Assembly (NCBI RefSeq): GCF_020745735.1
Contig: NC_083413.1
Span: 80,697,612-80,761,611 of the forward strand
Direction: 5' to 3'
Length of the DNA: 64,000 bases
Origin: Hemiscyllium ocellatum
Taxonomy: Eukaryota
Each line of letters starts with the position of its first letter. Position 1 is the first letter of the stretch. Of the stretch, positions 1-12,124 are shown one piece after another. The notes under the pieces are model-generated. The model saw nothing but the letters and a program-made list of their open reading frames with translations. It was not told where the DNA came from and ran no database searches. The translations under genes were made by a program, and so were the position numbers.

Positions 1-953
1 GTGCCACTTCCCAGCTCTCCCCACACAGTCCTGAAAGTTTTTCCTTTGCAAATATACGAACAGCTCTCTTTTGAGAGAGACTGTTGAATCTGCTCCACCA
101 CCCTTTAGACACTGCTTTCCAGATCATTACACCTATTGAAGACAAGTATTCTTTCAGTTTGATAGAACAGGAGCTGCTCAGATGATAGGTTCCTCAACAG
201 CTGCTGTCCAATCTACACAATGCGACATGGCCTTGGACGCATTCAATGCTCATCACCCCCTAAAAAGAGTTAGAGCAATGCAGGATGAAGATCATCTTAT
301 CTCAGGTTGCACTAGATAAGGTAGAAAAGGAGGAGTGGTGAGATGCTGCAACACCATGAATAAATAAATCAAGGTAAACACATTTTACTTGGGAGTAGTC
401 TAGTGAATTTCAAGGTCTTGCCAACTCCAACAATAGAACCCACAGGATACCAGTCAAATTCAGAACGGACAATGCAAGGAATCATGTGGAACTTGATGCT
501 GGAGGATATGGATGAGGATGGGTACAAGGCTGTGCAGAACAGAGTTGGGAACCCAAAGAATGAGAACACTACATGAATCCGCCTTACACCTGATGAAGGT
601 GTAAGATGTAGAGAACGGTTCACAGCAGTGGACATGATGAGGTGGACCTAAACAAGAGGTGAAAAAACATTCTTGACGATCAGCCTACCACAGGGCAGAA
701 AACCCAAGCTCAGGAATGGTCAACCAGGGAGGTTAAGAGAGTTCAGCATGCTAACAGCCTCTGGAGGTGTATTTCAGTCTTGCTTAGAGTTGAGAATTGT
801 ATCTCATCCAGATCCTTCTTTTGGAAAGTCTGTTGAATGTAAAGCCTTTTATCTTTAACACCACAACACACATCCTACCAGATCTCAAGAGCTCTGCAAT
901 TCTATCACAATAAAAGGCTTTAGTTTAGAAAGAGCTCAAAGTAAAGTACTTAC

Positions 954-1081
954 CTGTATAGGTAGGTGCAGAGAATGCTGCACAGCGGTCTGAGGATTTC
1001 CAGCTGTTGGTAATGGTGCCGGAGCAGGACGCAAAACCGTAGTTACTTTGGAACTCGATATTGCTGCTGCTACTGCTGCAC
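954..1081 (-). CDS. SAP130: SAP130 coding exon 5
   Basis: ACATAG acceptor, CAG|GTAAGT donor, 128 nt. Encodes GAAVAAAISSSKVTTVLRP...HLPIQ. Confidence 0.93.
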
Positions 1082-1852
1082 CTATGTATGAAAACACAAT
1101 TTCAAAATCTGTAAAAAGCATCTGAACAGGGCTCACCAGCAAGGAATTCCTGTACTGACCAGATATACTCTAGTGCAGAAAAGTCATGGAAACATGTGAA
1201 ATGACTGATCAGTTAATCTGAAATGGAGGGTTACCAGTGTATCAAGGCACCAGGAATGCAGCGTGACTATTTACAATAGTTCTTCCAAGTTACCAAAGTG
1301 TAGGCAGATGGATCTCAGTTTAAACTCATTCAAGGTGGATTCATCTAGTATGCAGTAGTCAACACTTCACTGAAGTGTCAGTATAGTTTATGATCCATGT
1401 GTGAAGCAGGGCTTGCATTCACAGACCCCAGACCCTGGGGGACAATGTCACCAAGACAGGCAAACGTGATTAGCCTTTAAACTGCATTATAGAATGGACA
1501 GATTGCTTAACAGGCTGTATCGAGGACAGTTTCAGCTTGTGGACCTAAAAACAGGAGAAAATGAATATGTCTGCAATTTTATTGGAACAATATGATGGGT
1601 GTTACCTCATCTGCACAGTTTATAAAGTATCCTGAGCCCAAATATGAGAAACACAAAGAAGGGAGTATGTATTAATCAATGTCATACACCCAGTTGACCA
1701 CTGGGCAATGCAACCTTTCAACTTTTAACCTAATTAAAAACCATAAAATTAATCTATGAAGTTAAATGCAACAATCCATTACTTTTACTTTATTTCCACA
1801 CACAAAACTCTACAGAAATATGTACAAAGACAGACTAGGCCTAATGCACTAC

Positions 1853-1985
1853 CTCTTGGCACATGCGATGAGAACATCTGTGGCTGTGCTGTGGAAGGTC
1901 CAATATGGAGCGAAGCTGGAACAGAGTTTCGGATGATAGACATTTGCACGTTGGTACCCATCAGATGAGGGATGTTAGGATGCCC
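1853..1985 (-). CDS. SAP130: SAP130 coding exon 4
   Basis: TACTAG acceptor, GAG|GTAGTG donor, 133 nt. Encodes GHPNIPHLMGTNVQMSIIRN...HVPR. Confidence 0.92.
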
Positions 1986-2115
1986 CTAGTAATGAAATGA
2001 TCCAGCGTCAAGTCAGCAATGGAAATGACAACTGCAGGATAAAATACTTTGCCCTTGTTTAAAGAGCTTGAGAGTGCACTTGTGAATTGCCATGTTAGGA
2101 GATTGGTCCTCTTAC

Positions 2116-2283
2116 CTGCTGCCCACTAATTGTTGCCACAGGGATTGCAGAGGCCTGTGCTACACTTGCGTCCATGCTAACAGGCACATGTCCTGAAACC
2201 TTCGGAGGAACAGCCAAATGTCCAAGGCCAGATGACGGAGCCGGAGCAATGGGCCGACTGGGCAAGGGGGGCTTCAGGGTGGT
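2116..2283 (-). CDS. SAP130: SAP130 coding exon 3
   Basis: TTCATAG acceptor, CAG|GTAAGA donor, 168 nt. Encodes TTLKPPLPSRPIAPAP...QASAIPVATISGQQ. Confidence 0.93.
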
Positions 2284-2479
2284 CTATGAAGACAAAATTA
2301 CCTTCTAACTTTGTGCAGGTGAGCAAAAAATGGCAATACTGGGACTGGAAAAGGCAGCAAGAATTTAGCTGGTTTGAAAATTTTCACAAGTACTTTGGAG
2401 CAAGACAGATAGTATCATGGGTGCTGTACCTCCAAACACTTTAACCACCTCAGCGGTGTTACCAGTTATTCTGTGGATC

Positions 2480-3460
2480 TCAAGGAAAAAAATTGAAAGT
2501 CAAACAAGAGTGTGATACAATCACTTACAACATAACAGATAGACAAACAGGCAGGCAAAGGGCAAAAAGAATTTCACACAAAGCAATCTGAAGTGACACA
2601 CTTTAGCAGGAGGGATAGGAAAAGGCAATATAAACTTATAATGCTACAGTTTTAAAATCTATACAGGAATAGAAGGAGCCAGAAGTTCATGTTAATCAGT
2701 CTTTGAAAATGGCAGGACATATTAGGAGAGTGTTTCACAAAGATTTGGGATTTTAGGTTTTATGGAGAGAGGTACTGAATTCCCACACTAGCTGAGGCTA
2801 CCACGAAGGACCATTCTTCTCAATCTCTTCCCTCATCCGAGACCCTGAGCTTAAACCACCATTGGTTGTCTCTTGAATGAGAGACCAATCTGACTAGTAA
2901 GACTATGGCAACACTACTGTATTCTTTTGGACTGAATATTACAACAGGGCCTTTATATTGAACCTTTTAAAAAAAAAGCCCTGATTAATGCCAACTAAAG
3001 ACAGTACAGAATCTTGGTTACTACCCTTTAGGATACAAGAGCTCTTGACAAAAAACAGAACAGATTTAGTAGAATATCCTGCAACGTTGAGGGATATTAG
3101 TTTTCAGGTTAGGGTGGAAAAACTAGGCTCTGCTTGGAAGGAAGAATGTTGACAGGAGATCTGATGAAAGTACACCAGATTATGGCAATTCAAGTAAGGT
3201 AGAAAAGGAAAAATTGTTCCTATTGGCTGATTGCACAAAGACCAAGAGAGACATATTTAAGATTTTGGGCAAGAGCTGTGGGAGTTTGAGGGGCAATTTA
3301 AAGAAAAAATTTGCTGTGGAATTTTCAAGCTCAAGGGAATGGAAGCAGAGATAAAGAATGATTTCAAAAGGATACGGGAAGAAGCCAAACCTGCAGGGCA
3401 ATGGAATTGATTTGATTTTCTTGCAGGGAGCCAACATAGATTCAACAGCTACCTCCTGTC
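2480..3460 (+). mobile_element. Highly decayed CR1 LINE 3' fragment
   Basis: Degenerate CR1 RT C-terminus and 3' UTR pattern. Confidence 0.55.
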
Positions 3461-4398
3461 TAATTTAATAAATGCCACAACTCAATGCTGTTGGCATCCA
3501 GTGAGTACTTGACTTGGAAGAATCAGAGCTGGTTAGGCTAGCATAATGTTATAGGAATAAAAACAGCAATTGCTGGAAAATCTCAGCAGGTCTGTCAGCA
3601 TCTGTGAAGACAAAGCACAGTTAATGTTTTGAGTCCAGTTATCTTTCTTCAGAACCTTTGAGGTTTCCATTTTGCTTTCTCTCCACATTTACTACATGGC
3701 AATAAAACCTCATTTTTGGGAAGGATTCCATATGCTTACTGCTGGAAACAAAAGTAAGGTCACATAAGCTATTGAAACACACAGACAAGCTGCTCAAAAT
3801 ACAGGCTCCCTGAGTATGCTGTCAGGCAGCAAGCAGGTCCATGCCTCAGTGAGGCAATGTGTTAATGAAGTCCTCCACCATAGTCATTTAACTCACAAAG
3901 CTGGCAAATTTCAACAAGGACCATGCCCTACTAGACCTTACATTATATTCAAACATGTCCCTGGAAAATAAATGTATTAAAAATCAATGATGGCATAAAT
4001 CAGACTTCAAAATGTGCCCCTAGTACAAAGGGTCATTGTTTTTCAACTGTTAACTTAATAAAAAAAAACTCATCAGGAATCATTCCTCAAGAAAAAAAAT
4101 GTATCAAATAGAATTGCCATATTCTTTGACTCACTACAAGTAATATCCCAGGAGATGCATGAGTCATTGTGAAATAATTGAGCCCGTCTGACAGATGCAG
4201 CACTGAAAGAATCGCGACGTGACTTCACTCGGGATAACGAGCCAGCTTGATGATCATGTTGAAAATCAAAGGACTGGAAAGAGCCACATGCAGCACACCA
4301 ACCTCAGCAAGGCACAAGCTCCAAGGGGCTTTGTAATTACTAGTAGCAATGCTACTCAGCTTCCTGGTGCTGGAATGCAAAAGAACATGATGCCAACT

Positions 4399-4505
4399 GC
4401 CAGTTCTGAGGAAGGGTCACTCGACCTGAAAGATTGACTCGGCTTTCTTTCCACAGATGCTGTCAGACCTGCTGAGTTTCTCCAGCAATTTCTGTTTTTG
4501 TCTGT
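4399..4505 (+). mobile_element. Second-family pLTR fragment with hammerhead-like motif
   Basis: AGTT-CTGAGGA-AGGGTC ACTC GACCT-GAAA. Related copies at about 3560-3655, 4740-4860, 17610-17735, 20795-21000 (inverted pair), 22295-22430, 28655-28780, 33719-33805 and 44170-44285. Confidence 0.65.
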
Positions 4506-5340
4506 GTTGACAACTGCATCGACTTTGGAGCAGTCCTGATTCCATTGCCAGCCTGCAAGGATGAGAAGTGGCCATAATGCTTCTCTCGGGTGCACCACCA
4601 ATGTGCTTGGTACCTCCACTCCATCTACCTCTAACAATATCCTTACCAAACAAAAAACTACTGATCCAAGTACTGAATACTCCAGCTGACCTCAGCGTCT
4701 TCAGCTTTACCCTGACAGTTACAGATTTCCATTCAGACAAAACAAAGAACTGCCGATGCTGGAAATCTGAAACCAAAACAGAAATTGCTGAGAATTTCAG
4801 GTCTGGTAGCACCTAGGGAGAGAGAAAGCAGAGTTATGGTTTCAGGTCTCACTCCTTCAGGGTCACTAGACACAACATTTAGATATCCATTATCCTAAGG
4901 CAGAAATTGTTCCCAGGTTTCAATTTTAATGGCCTGGCTCTAATTTTATGATGCCACCTTGTTTTAGACTTGCCCTCAAACCTACTTCTCTACACCTACC
5001 ACTTTGAACTCCTTTTATTGTTTTGAAGCAAGTCAAATGGATCATGCCTTACTGGCCCAAATACAAATGAGACAAGGCAGGAATACCTAACTTACAGTTA
5101 ACTCTAGTCCCCAGTCAGAAAGTACAGGTAAAACTACAATAAAAAAAAATCACCTATTTAAGTAGTGTCCAGGTTGCATAAGCAGAAGAAAACAACATAT
5201 GGCCACTCAAACTCAAAACCACCTGGGATGCACTGATATCATAATTAAAACACCAGCAATGAACAGAAACATGGTTAACACCATCTCAAATTTAAACTTA
5301 GAGGGGTTCAGTGAATGGTTTTTAGAAGAAGACAACATAC

Positions 5341-5597
5341 CTTCATTAGTCCTTCAGGGAAGGAGAGCTGGGTGCCTTGTGTGAGGTGTGTGGGAGGAGC
5401 ACCCAGAGTTACAGGCACCCCAGACTGCTGTAGATGGTGCTGTGCAGCTGGTAGTGGCTGTGCATGAGTCTGCACCTGCGGGTAAGGCCGAACCACAACA
5501 GTCTCCTGTTTCTCATCTCGGAATGGAAGTGAAGGGATCGGATTAGAATGCTCACGGGGCAAGTGCTCCACATCCCGATTCAGCTCCTCGTTGGGGG
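5341..5597 (-). CDS. SAP130: SAP130 coding exon 2
   Basis: TTCCAG acceptor, AAG|GTATGT donor, 257 nt. Encodes APNEELNRD...KQETVVVRPYPQVQ...SFPEGLMK. Confidence 0.93.
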
Positions 5598-5739
5598 CTG
5601 GAAGTAAACAGAAAATAATGGTTAATCCACACATCACACAATTGGAAAGAGCCACTGATAAAATGCTAAAACTCCAAAACACTTTGTAAATATTTACAGA
5701 TACAGTTTTCAGCTAGCTGGCATTTCAATTTAAAGATAA

Positions 5740-6950
5740 TATAGAAACATAAGAACTAGGAGGAGGTGGTCATCTGGCCCTCTGAGCCTGCTCCGCCATT
5801 CAATAAGATCATAGCTGACCTTTTCGTGGACTCAGCTCCACTTACCTGAACTCTCACCGCATCCTTTAATCCCTTTATTGTTCAAAAAAAAATCTAGCTT
5901 AGCTTTAAAAAATGTTTACTGAAATAGCATCAATTATTTCCCTGGGCAAAGAATTCCAGAGATTTACAACTCTGGGTGAAATAGTTCCTGCTCAATTCAG
6001 TCCTAAATCTACTCCCTCTAATCTTGAGGCTATGTCCTCTTGTCCTAGTTTCACCTGCCAGTGGAAACATCCTGTCTACTTTTGTCTTATCTATTCCCTT
6101 CATTACTTTACGTGTTTATGTAAGATCGCGTCTCATTCTTCTGAACTCCAATGAATATAATCCCAATCTACTCAGTCTCTAATCATAAACCAACCCCCTC
6201 AACTCCAGAATCAACCTTGTGAACCTCCTCTGCACCCCCTCCCATGCCAGCACACCCTTTCTCAAGCAGGAGACCAAAACTGCACGCAGTACTCCAGGTG
6301 GGACCTCACCAGCACCTTGTACAGCTGCAATATAACCTCCCTGCTTTTAAACGCAATCCCTTTAGCAACGAAGGGGAAAATTCCATGTGCCTTCCTAATT
6401 ACTTGTCATATCTTCAGACCAACCCTCTGCGATTCATGCTCAAGGTCACCCAGGTCCCTCGGCATAGCAATATGGTGCAACTTTTTACCCGGTGAAGGGT
6501 TTTTGCCCGAAACGTCGACTCTCCTGCTCCTTGGATGCCACCTGACCTGCTGTGCTTTTCCAGCATCACACTCCCGACGCAACTTTTCACCATTCAAGTA
6601 ATAATCCTTTTTACTGTCACTCCTACCGAATGTATGACTTCACATTTATTTACATTGTATTCCATCTGCCAGACCTTTACCCATTCGCTCAAAGTATCTC
6701 TGTTTCTCTGCAAAGTTTCACAGTACTCTGCACACTTTGCTCTCCCACTCATCTTAGTGTCACCTGCAAACTTTGACACACTGCACGTGTTCCCCAAACC
6801 CAAATCATCATCTATATAAATTGTAAATAATTGCAGAACCAACACCAATCCCTGAGGCATACCACTAGTCACTGATTGCCAGGCAGAATAGCACTCATTT
6901 AACCCCACTCTTTGCTGCTGGTATGGCACAAAGGGCATTGACTTGGGAGC
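5740..6950 (-). mobile_element. CR1/HER1 LINE 3' fragment with a nested pLTR (13-bp TSD at 6477-6489 and 6579-6591)
   Basis: VTSGMPQGLVL..LFTIYI...SKFAGDTK...WQMEYNVNKCEV. Confidence 0.85.
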
Positions 6951-7769
6951 TATCCTGAGCCACAACATGTCAGCATTTCTTTAAAGTTTCTTTCAGGGAA
7001 TGTCGATGTTGGCAAGGCCAGCATTTGTTACCTACCTCTAATTACCTTTGACTGTCCTCCGCCCTCCTCAGTTCAAAAGACAACCACACTGTGTGCATCT
7101 GGAATCATATGCAGGTCAGACTGGGTTCAAAAGGTAGATTTCCCTGCCTAAAGAATATTAATGAACTAGATGGATTCGCACAATGACTGAAGACAGTTGT
7201 CAGTGACGTGATAGCCCAGTGCTATTTTTGTTGGATTCGTAATCCACCCATGAAAAGGCTCTGGGAACCATGGCAGATGGTAGAATTCGAATTTAAAATA
7301 TTTGGATGAGATGCATTCGTCCATTACAGTATCAGTCTGATTGAACACCATACAGTCCTTATGAAGATGAAATTCCATCTTCATATAGATGAAAGCTTCC
7401 ATCATGAGACCCTGACAAACACTTCAGCTCAGCATTGAAAATTCATGCCCCAGAACTTGCCATGACCCTCTCTAAGTTGTTCCTGCACAGCCCTGGCATG
7501 TACCCAACAATCTGGAAAAGTGCCCAGGTTACATCTGGGGTTGTGTTAACTTTCAAAGGTAAAAATTGAAATAACTAAGGAAGCATTGGTTTAGATGAAA
7601 AAAAATCAAACATCTTCCATCAAACCAACCACTGATATTGTCACCTGTTTCAGCTGAATTACCAACAAAAACAAAAAAAGTCATGTTTACAGTAACCTTC
7701 ATAACATGCCATGGTCCGTTTTAGTGAATTGCAGTTCTTGTTAAAAATGTAGGGAGTGTGACAACGAAG

Positions 7770-8240
7770 ACTGCCCCCTTGACCTTGACCATGACCCCAC
7801 CTCCCACGACCAAACCATCATCTTCCAGTACATCCATAACCTCATCACCTCAGGGGATCTCCCATCCACCGCCTCCAACCTCATAGTCCCACAACCCCGC
7901 GCTGCCAGTTTCTACCCCCTGCCCAAAATCCACAAACCTGACTGCCCCGGCCAATCCATTGTCTCAGCCTGCTCCTGCCCCACCAAACTCATCTCTGCAT
8001 ACCTCGACACGGTCATGTCCCCCTTAGTCCAAGAACTCTCCACCTACGCTCGGGACACCACCCACGCCCTTCACCTCCTCCATGATTTTCGCTTCCCCGG
8101 TCCCCAATGCCTTATCTTCACCATGGACATCCAGTCCCTGTACACCTCCATCCATTCCTGAAGAAAGATTTATGCCCGAAACATCGATTCTCCTGCTCGT
8201 TGGATGCTGCCTGACCTGCTGCGCTTTTCCAGCAACACAT
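7770..8240 (+). mobile_element. Penelope-like element RT fragment with pLTR
   Basis: LPKIHKPDCPG..IVSACSCPT and FTMDIQSLYTSI motifs, followed by a hammerhead-type pLTR. Confidence 0.8.
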
Positions 8241-8384
8241 TTTCAGAACTAATTTGAACACAAAGTTCACTTTGCTGGTTTGTGGGAACTTTGTGTTCAA
8301 ATTAGTTCTGAAAATGTGTTGCTGGAAAAGTGCAGCAGGTCAGGCAGCATCCAACGAGCAGGAGAATCGATGTTTCGGGCATAA
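8170..8384. repeat. Near-perfect 99-bp inverted repeat with a 17-nt loop
   Basis: 8170-8268 versus the reverse complement of 8286-8384, one mismatch. Confidence 0.92.
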
Positions 8385-8756
8385 GCCTGAAGAAGGGCTT
8401 ATGCCTGAAACATCGATTCTCCTGTTCCTTTGATGCTGCCTGACCTGCTGAACTTTTCCAGCAACACATGAACATTTAACCACCTTAGTCCTGTCTGTTG
8501 AGGAAGTACACTGGCTCCGACAAAACTCCTTCTGTTGAACAACTGAGCTCATTTAAGACCTTTGTTTGTTTTTAAGAATATTATTTCTGCAATAACTCCC
8601 ACATGCTGAACTTTACAAAACACAAAATACTAATTATTTATGTTATCTTTATCTCACTTTCAGCAGATTCAGATAGATTCTTACTATCCCCAACCAGAGA
8701 GCTCCATTTCTGAGACTCGCCCAATGTAAGTGGCAATAGGCTATTGCGTAGTCCAT

Positions 8757-9152
8757 AGCTTAAAAATGTGTTGCTGGAAAAGGGATGAATGCAAATTTCT
8801 CCAGCTTTCTCATTTCCCCTCCCTCCACCTTATCTCAGTCCCAACCCTCAGACTCAGCACCACCTTCTTGATCTGCAATCTTCTTCCTGACCTCTCCGCC
8901 CTCACCCCCTCTCCGGCCTATCACCCTCACCTTAACCTCCTTCCACCTATCGTATTCCCATCGCCCCTCCCCCAAGTCCCTCCTCCCTACCTTTTATCTT
9001 AGTCTGCTTGGTACACCCTCCTCATTCCTGAAGAAGGGCTTATGCCCGAAACATCAATTCTCCTGCTCCTTTGATGCTGCCTGACCTGCTGCACTTTTCC
9101 AGAAAACCATTTTTAAGCTCTGATCTCCAGCATCTGTAGTCCTCACTTTCTC
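8757..9152 (+). mobile_element. Penelope pLTR composite with 16-bp TSD
   Basis: CTATTGC(G/T)TAGTCCAT at 8741-8756 and 9153-9168. Contains a hammerhead-like CTGAAGA-GGGCTTATGCCC-GAAA. Confidence 0.75.
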
Positions 9153-9284
9153 CTATTGCTTAGTCCATGCCAAACAATGCCTGGTGGAGCCAGGAATGAA
9201 GCTTCTGCTGATGCAAACTCTGTAATTGCAGTCCAGTTCTCACCAATTCTCTCCCACTGCAGAAAGTCAGATTAGCCAGTAGGA

Positions 9285-10197
9285 CAAACCTTCACATAAA
9301 CCAAATTATCCAATGACATTTCCGCCACCTCCAAAAAGACCCCACCACCAGGGATATATTTCCCTCCCCACCCCTTTCCACGTTCCACAAAGACCGTTCC
9401 CTCCGTGACTACCTGGTCAGGTCCACGCCCCCCTACAACCCACCCTCCCATCCTGGCACCTTCCCCTGCCACCGCAGGAACTGTAAAACCTGCGCCCACA
9501 CCTCCTCCCTCAGCTCTATCCAAGGTCCTAAAGGAGCCTTCCACATCCATCAAAGTTTTACCTGCACATCCACTAATATCAACTATTGTATCCGTTGCTC
9601 CCGATGCGGTCTCCTCTACATTGGGGAGACTGGGCTCCTCCTAGCAGAGCGCTTTAGGGAACATCTCCGGGACACCCGCACCAATCAACCACACCGCCCT
9701 GTCGCCCAACATTTCAACTCCCCCTCTCACTCTGCCAAGGACATGGAGGTCCTGGGCCTCCTTCACCGCCGTTCCCTCACCACCAGACGCCTGGAGGAAG
9801 AACGCCTCATCTTCTGCCTCGGAACACTCCAACCCCAGGGCATCAATGTGGACTTCAACCGTTTCCTCATTTCCCCTTCCCCCACCTCATCCGAGTTTCA
9901 AACTTCCAGCTCAGCACTGTCCCCATGACTTGTCCGGACTTGTCCGACCTGCCTAGCTCCTTTTCCACCTATCCATTCCACCCTCTCCTCCCTGACCTAT
10001 CACCTTCATCCCCTACCCTGCTCATCCATTGTACTCTATGCTACTCTCTCCCCATCCCCACCCTCCCCTAGCTTATCTCTCCACGCTTCAGGCTCACTGC
10101 CTTTATTCCTGATGAAGGGCTTTTGTCCGAAATGTCGATTTCGCTGTTCATTGGATGCTACCTGAACTGCTGTGCTCTTCCAGCACCACTGATCCAG
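9285..10197 (+). mobile_element. Penelope-like element 3' part (GIY-YIG endonuclease and pLTR) with 12-bp TSD
   Basis: YCIRCSRCGLLYIGETG, HFNSPSH and RRLEEERLIFCLGTLQPQGINVDF. TSD TAGCCAGTAGGA at 9273-9284 and 10198-10209. Confidence 0.88.
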
Positions 10198-10397
10198 TAG
10201 CCAGTAGGATGGTCAATGCATAAAAATACCTCAGCTGAAAGGATGCATTTGAACAAAACTTCTTTTTCTATCCTCAAAACACTTGATAGACAATAAATTA
10301 TAAAGGTAAAAACAATGACTGCAGATGCTGGAAACCAGATTCTGGATCAGTGGTGCTGGAAGAGCACAGCAGTTCAGGCAGCATCCAATAAGCAGCG

Positions 10398-10434
10398 AAA
10401 TCGACGTTTCGGGCAAAAGCCCTTCATCAGGAAT
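10398..10434 (-). ncRNA. Minimal type-I hammerhead ribozyme motif (Penelope pLTR), intact core
   Basis: Minus strand reads ATTC-CTGATGA-A-GGGC TTTT GCCC-GAAA-CGTC-GATT: CUGANGA core, 4-bp stem II, GAAA, palindromic ACGT stem III and a GUC cleavage triplet. Confidence 0.72.
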
Positions 10435-11131
10435 AAAGGCAGCGAGCCTGAAGCGTGGAGAGATAAATTATATGATAAAGAGTACTCCCTTACACAGGGA
10501 GCTAATTTGCACAGAGCAAAAGCTTAATTTGCTTATTTTTATTGTCATTTAGGGGTGAGCTTTGGGCATAAAATACATCTCCTTGCTCATAGAAGATGCC
10601 ACACAATTCTTTTGCATCAACCCAAATATACAGTTGTCATGTCTTGTATGCAAAACACCCCTCTGGCAATACAGCAACTGCTCATTACTGCACCAAAATA
10701 TCAATCTGAATGATCTGCTCAAATTCTGAAATGGTCTTAAGCTCACAGCCGGAGGAAAGAATGTCACGTCAAAGCAGAAACCAAAAGTGTAAAACAAAGC
10801 TGTAAGGGTTTGAGAATAAATCAGAGTGGACCAGCCTGTACAGGGGTTGCATGTTCCACATCCTGAAATATATTTGCCTACCATAATGTAAATGTATATA
10901 CAGCACAGAAACAGGCCCTTCAGCCCACTATGTCTATGCTAACAGAAAATCAGCAAACTACAGTCATCGAAGGGTCTGTTTCTGTGCTGTACATTTCTAT
11001 GATTATGACTATGACTTGCACTTGATCTATAGCTACTATGCCCTGGCATTAAGTAGTCATCCAGATGTTTTTGTAAATGTTGGCAGAGTACCATCCTCCA
11101 CCACCCTCTCAGACAGTGAATTCCCTCTCTG

Positions 11132-11660
11132 GGGAGGTAATGGCCTAGTGGTATTATCACCGGACTGTTAATTCAGAGACCCAGGTAATGTTCTGGGCGC
11201 CCATGCTTGAATCCTGCCATAGCAGAAGGTGGAATTTGAATTCAATTAAATAATAAAAAATCTGGAATTAAGAGTCTTACCATGAACATGATTCCATTGT
11301 CAATCATCAGAAAAATTCATCTGGCTTGCTAATGTCCTTTAGGGAAGGAAACCACTATCCTTACCTGGTCTGGCCTACATGTGACTCCAGACCCACAACA
11401 ATGTGGTTGACTCTTCACTGCCCTCTGGTCAATTAGGGATGAGAAATACAAAGGAACCTCGATTATCCAGCATTTGATTATCTGAACTTCAGATTATTTG
11501 AATAAGATCACAAGGTCCCGATGATTGGCTAAATGACATTATCCAGCATTTGATTAACCGATTGAAATTCTCCCCGCCCACGTCCTTCAGATAATCGAGG
11601 TTCCTGTCAATGCTAGCTTGGCCAGTAATGCCCTCATCCAGAGAATGAATAAAAAAAAAC
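11132..11660 (+). mobile_element. tRNA-derived SINE (second family) interrupted by a MITE
   Basis: Head TGGCCTAGTGGTATTATCAC and body CCTGGTCTGGCCTACATGTGACTCCAGACCCAC; a similar copy is at about 22745-23030. Confidence 0.7.
11449..11607. mobile_element. Tc1/mariner(pogo)-type MITE
   Basis: TIR GGAACCTCGATTATC (11453-11467) / GATAATCGAGGTTCC (11590-11604), preceded by TA, with internal ATTATCCAGCATTTGATTA repeats. Confidence 0.75.
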
Positions 11661-12000
11661 TACATCTGTTCTCAGAGTGAACCAGCTGGAAGGAAATGTC
11701 AGGTAACACTATTTGTTGAACTCATTTTTGCAACCCACAATGGTAGCTAGTCCCAGTGTCATAAACAAGTCCTCCAATCTAGCATCCATCATTAGGATCT
11801 ACATCATGCACTTGTTCATAAACTCAGCAAGGTAGGAATAAAAGAATCCTCACTGAACCACTGATGGCAGAATTAATTCCACAATTTCATGGAGTTCAAA
11901 AAGTCTAATGATGAGTCCCTGCTTAATGCTCTCCTGTCAAGACCTTCATTACAAATTCAGTAAATTTACAAAGATCCTGATGAGATAGCTTTCCACTTGC

Positions 12001-12124
12001 CTGTTGCAGCGTTGTTGCCTGACACTCCTGGACCACTGCTGTTCTGCATGCTGGTGACGGAAGACTGACCTGCTCCCAGGCCTGATGTGGGTGCACTAGG
12101 TCGTGGAAACTGTTGAGTGCTCAT
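12001..12124 (-). CDS. SAP130: SAP130 first coding exon (exon starts 12130, ATG at 12124)
   Basis: Polypyrimidine tract then TTCCAG acceptor at 12132-12131. Encodes MSTQQFPRPSAPTSGLGAGQ...NNAAT. Donor is CAG|GCAAGT (GC type), phase 1. Confidence 0.9.

Larger units (their letters stand above)
954..12124 (-). other. SAP130: SAP130 gene (Sin3A-associated protein 130), 5' coding portion; the gene continues off the left edge of the window
   Basis: Five exons splice in frame (phases 1,0,0,1,0). They give MSTQQFPR...VVVRPYPQVQ...SFPEGLMK...PSRPIAPAP...IPVATISGQQGH...TNVQMSIIR...SSSKVTTVLRP, matching the SAP130 N-terminus as I recall it. Confidence 0.95.

Noticed and set aside
8155-8470. CRISPR-like or regularly spaced repeat array
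   Set aside because: Eukaryotic context; the repeats are alternating-orientation Penelope pLTRs with no unique spacers and no cas genes.
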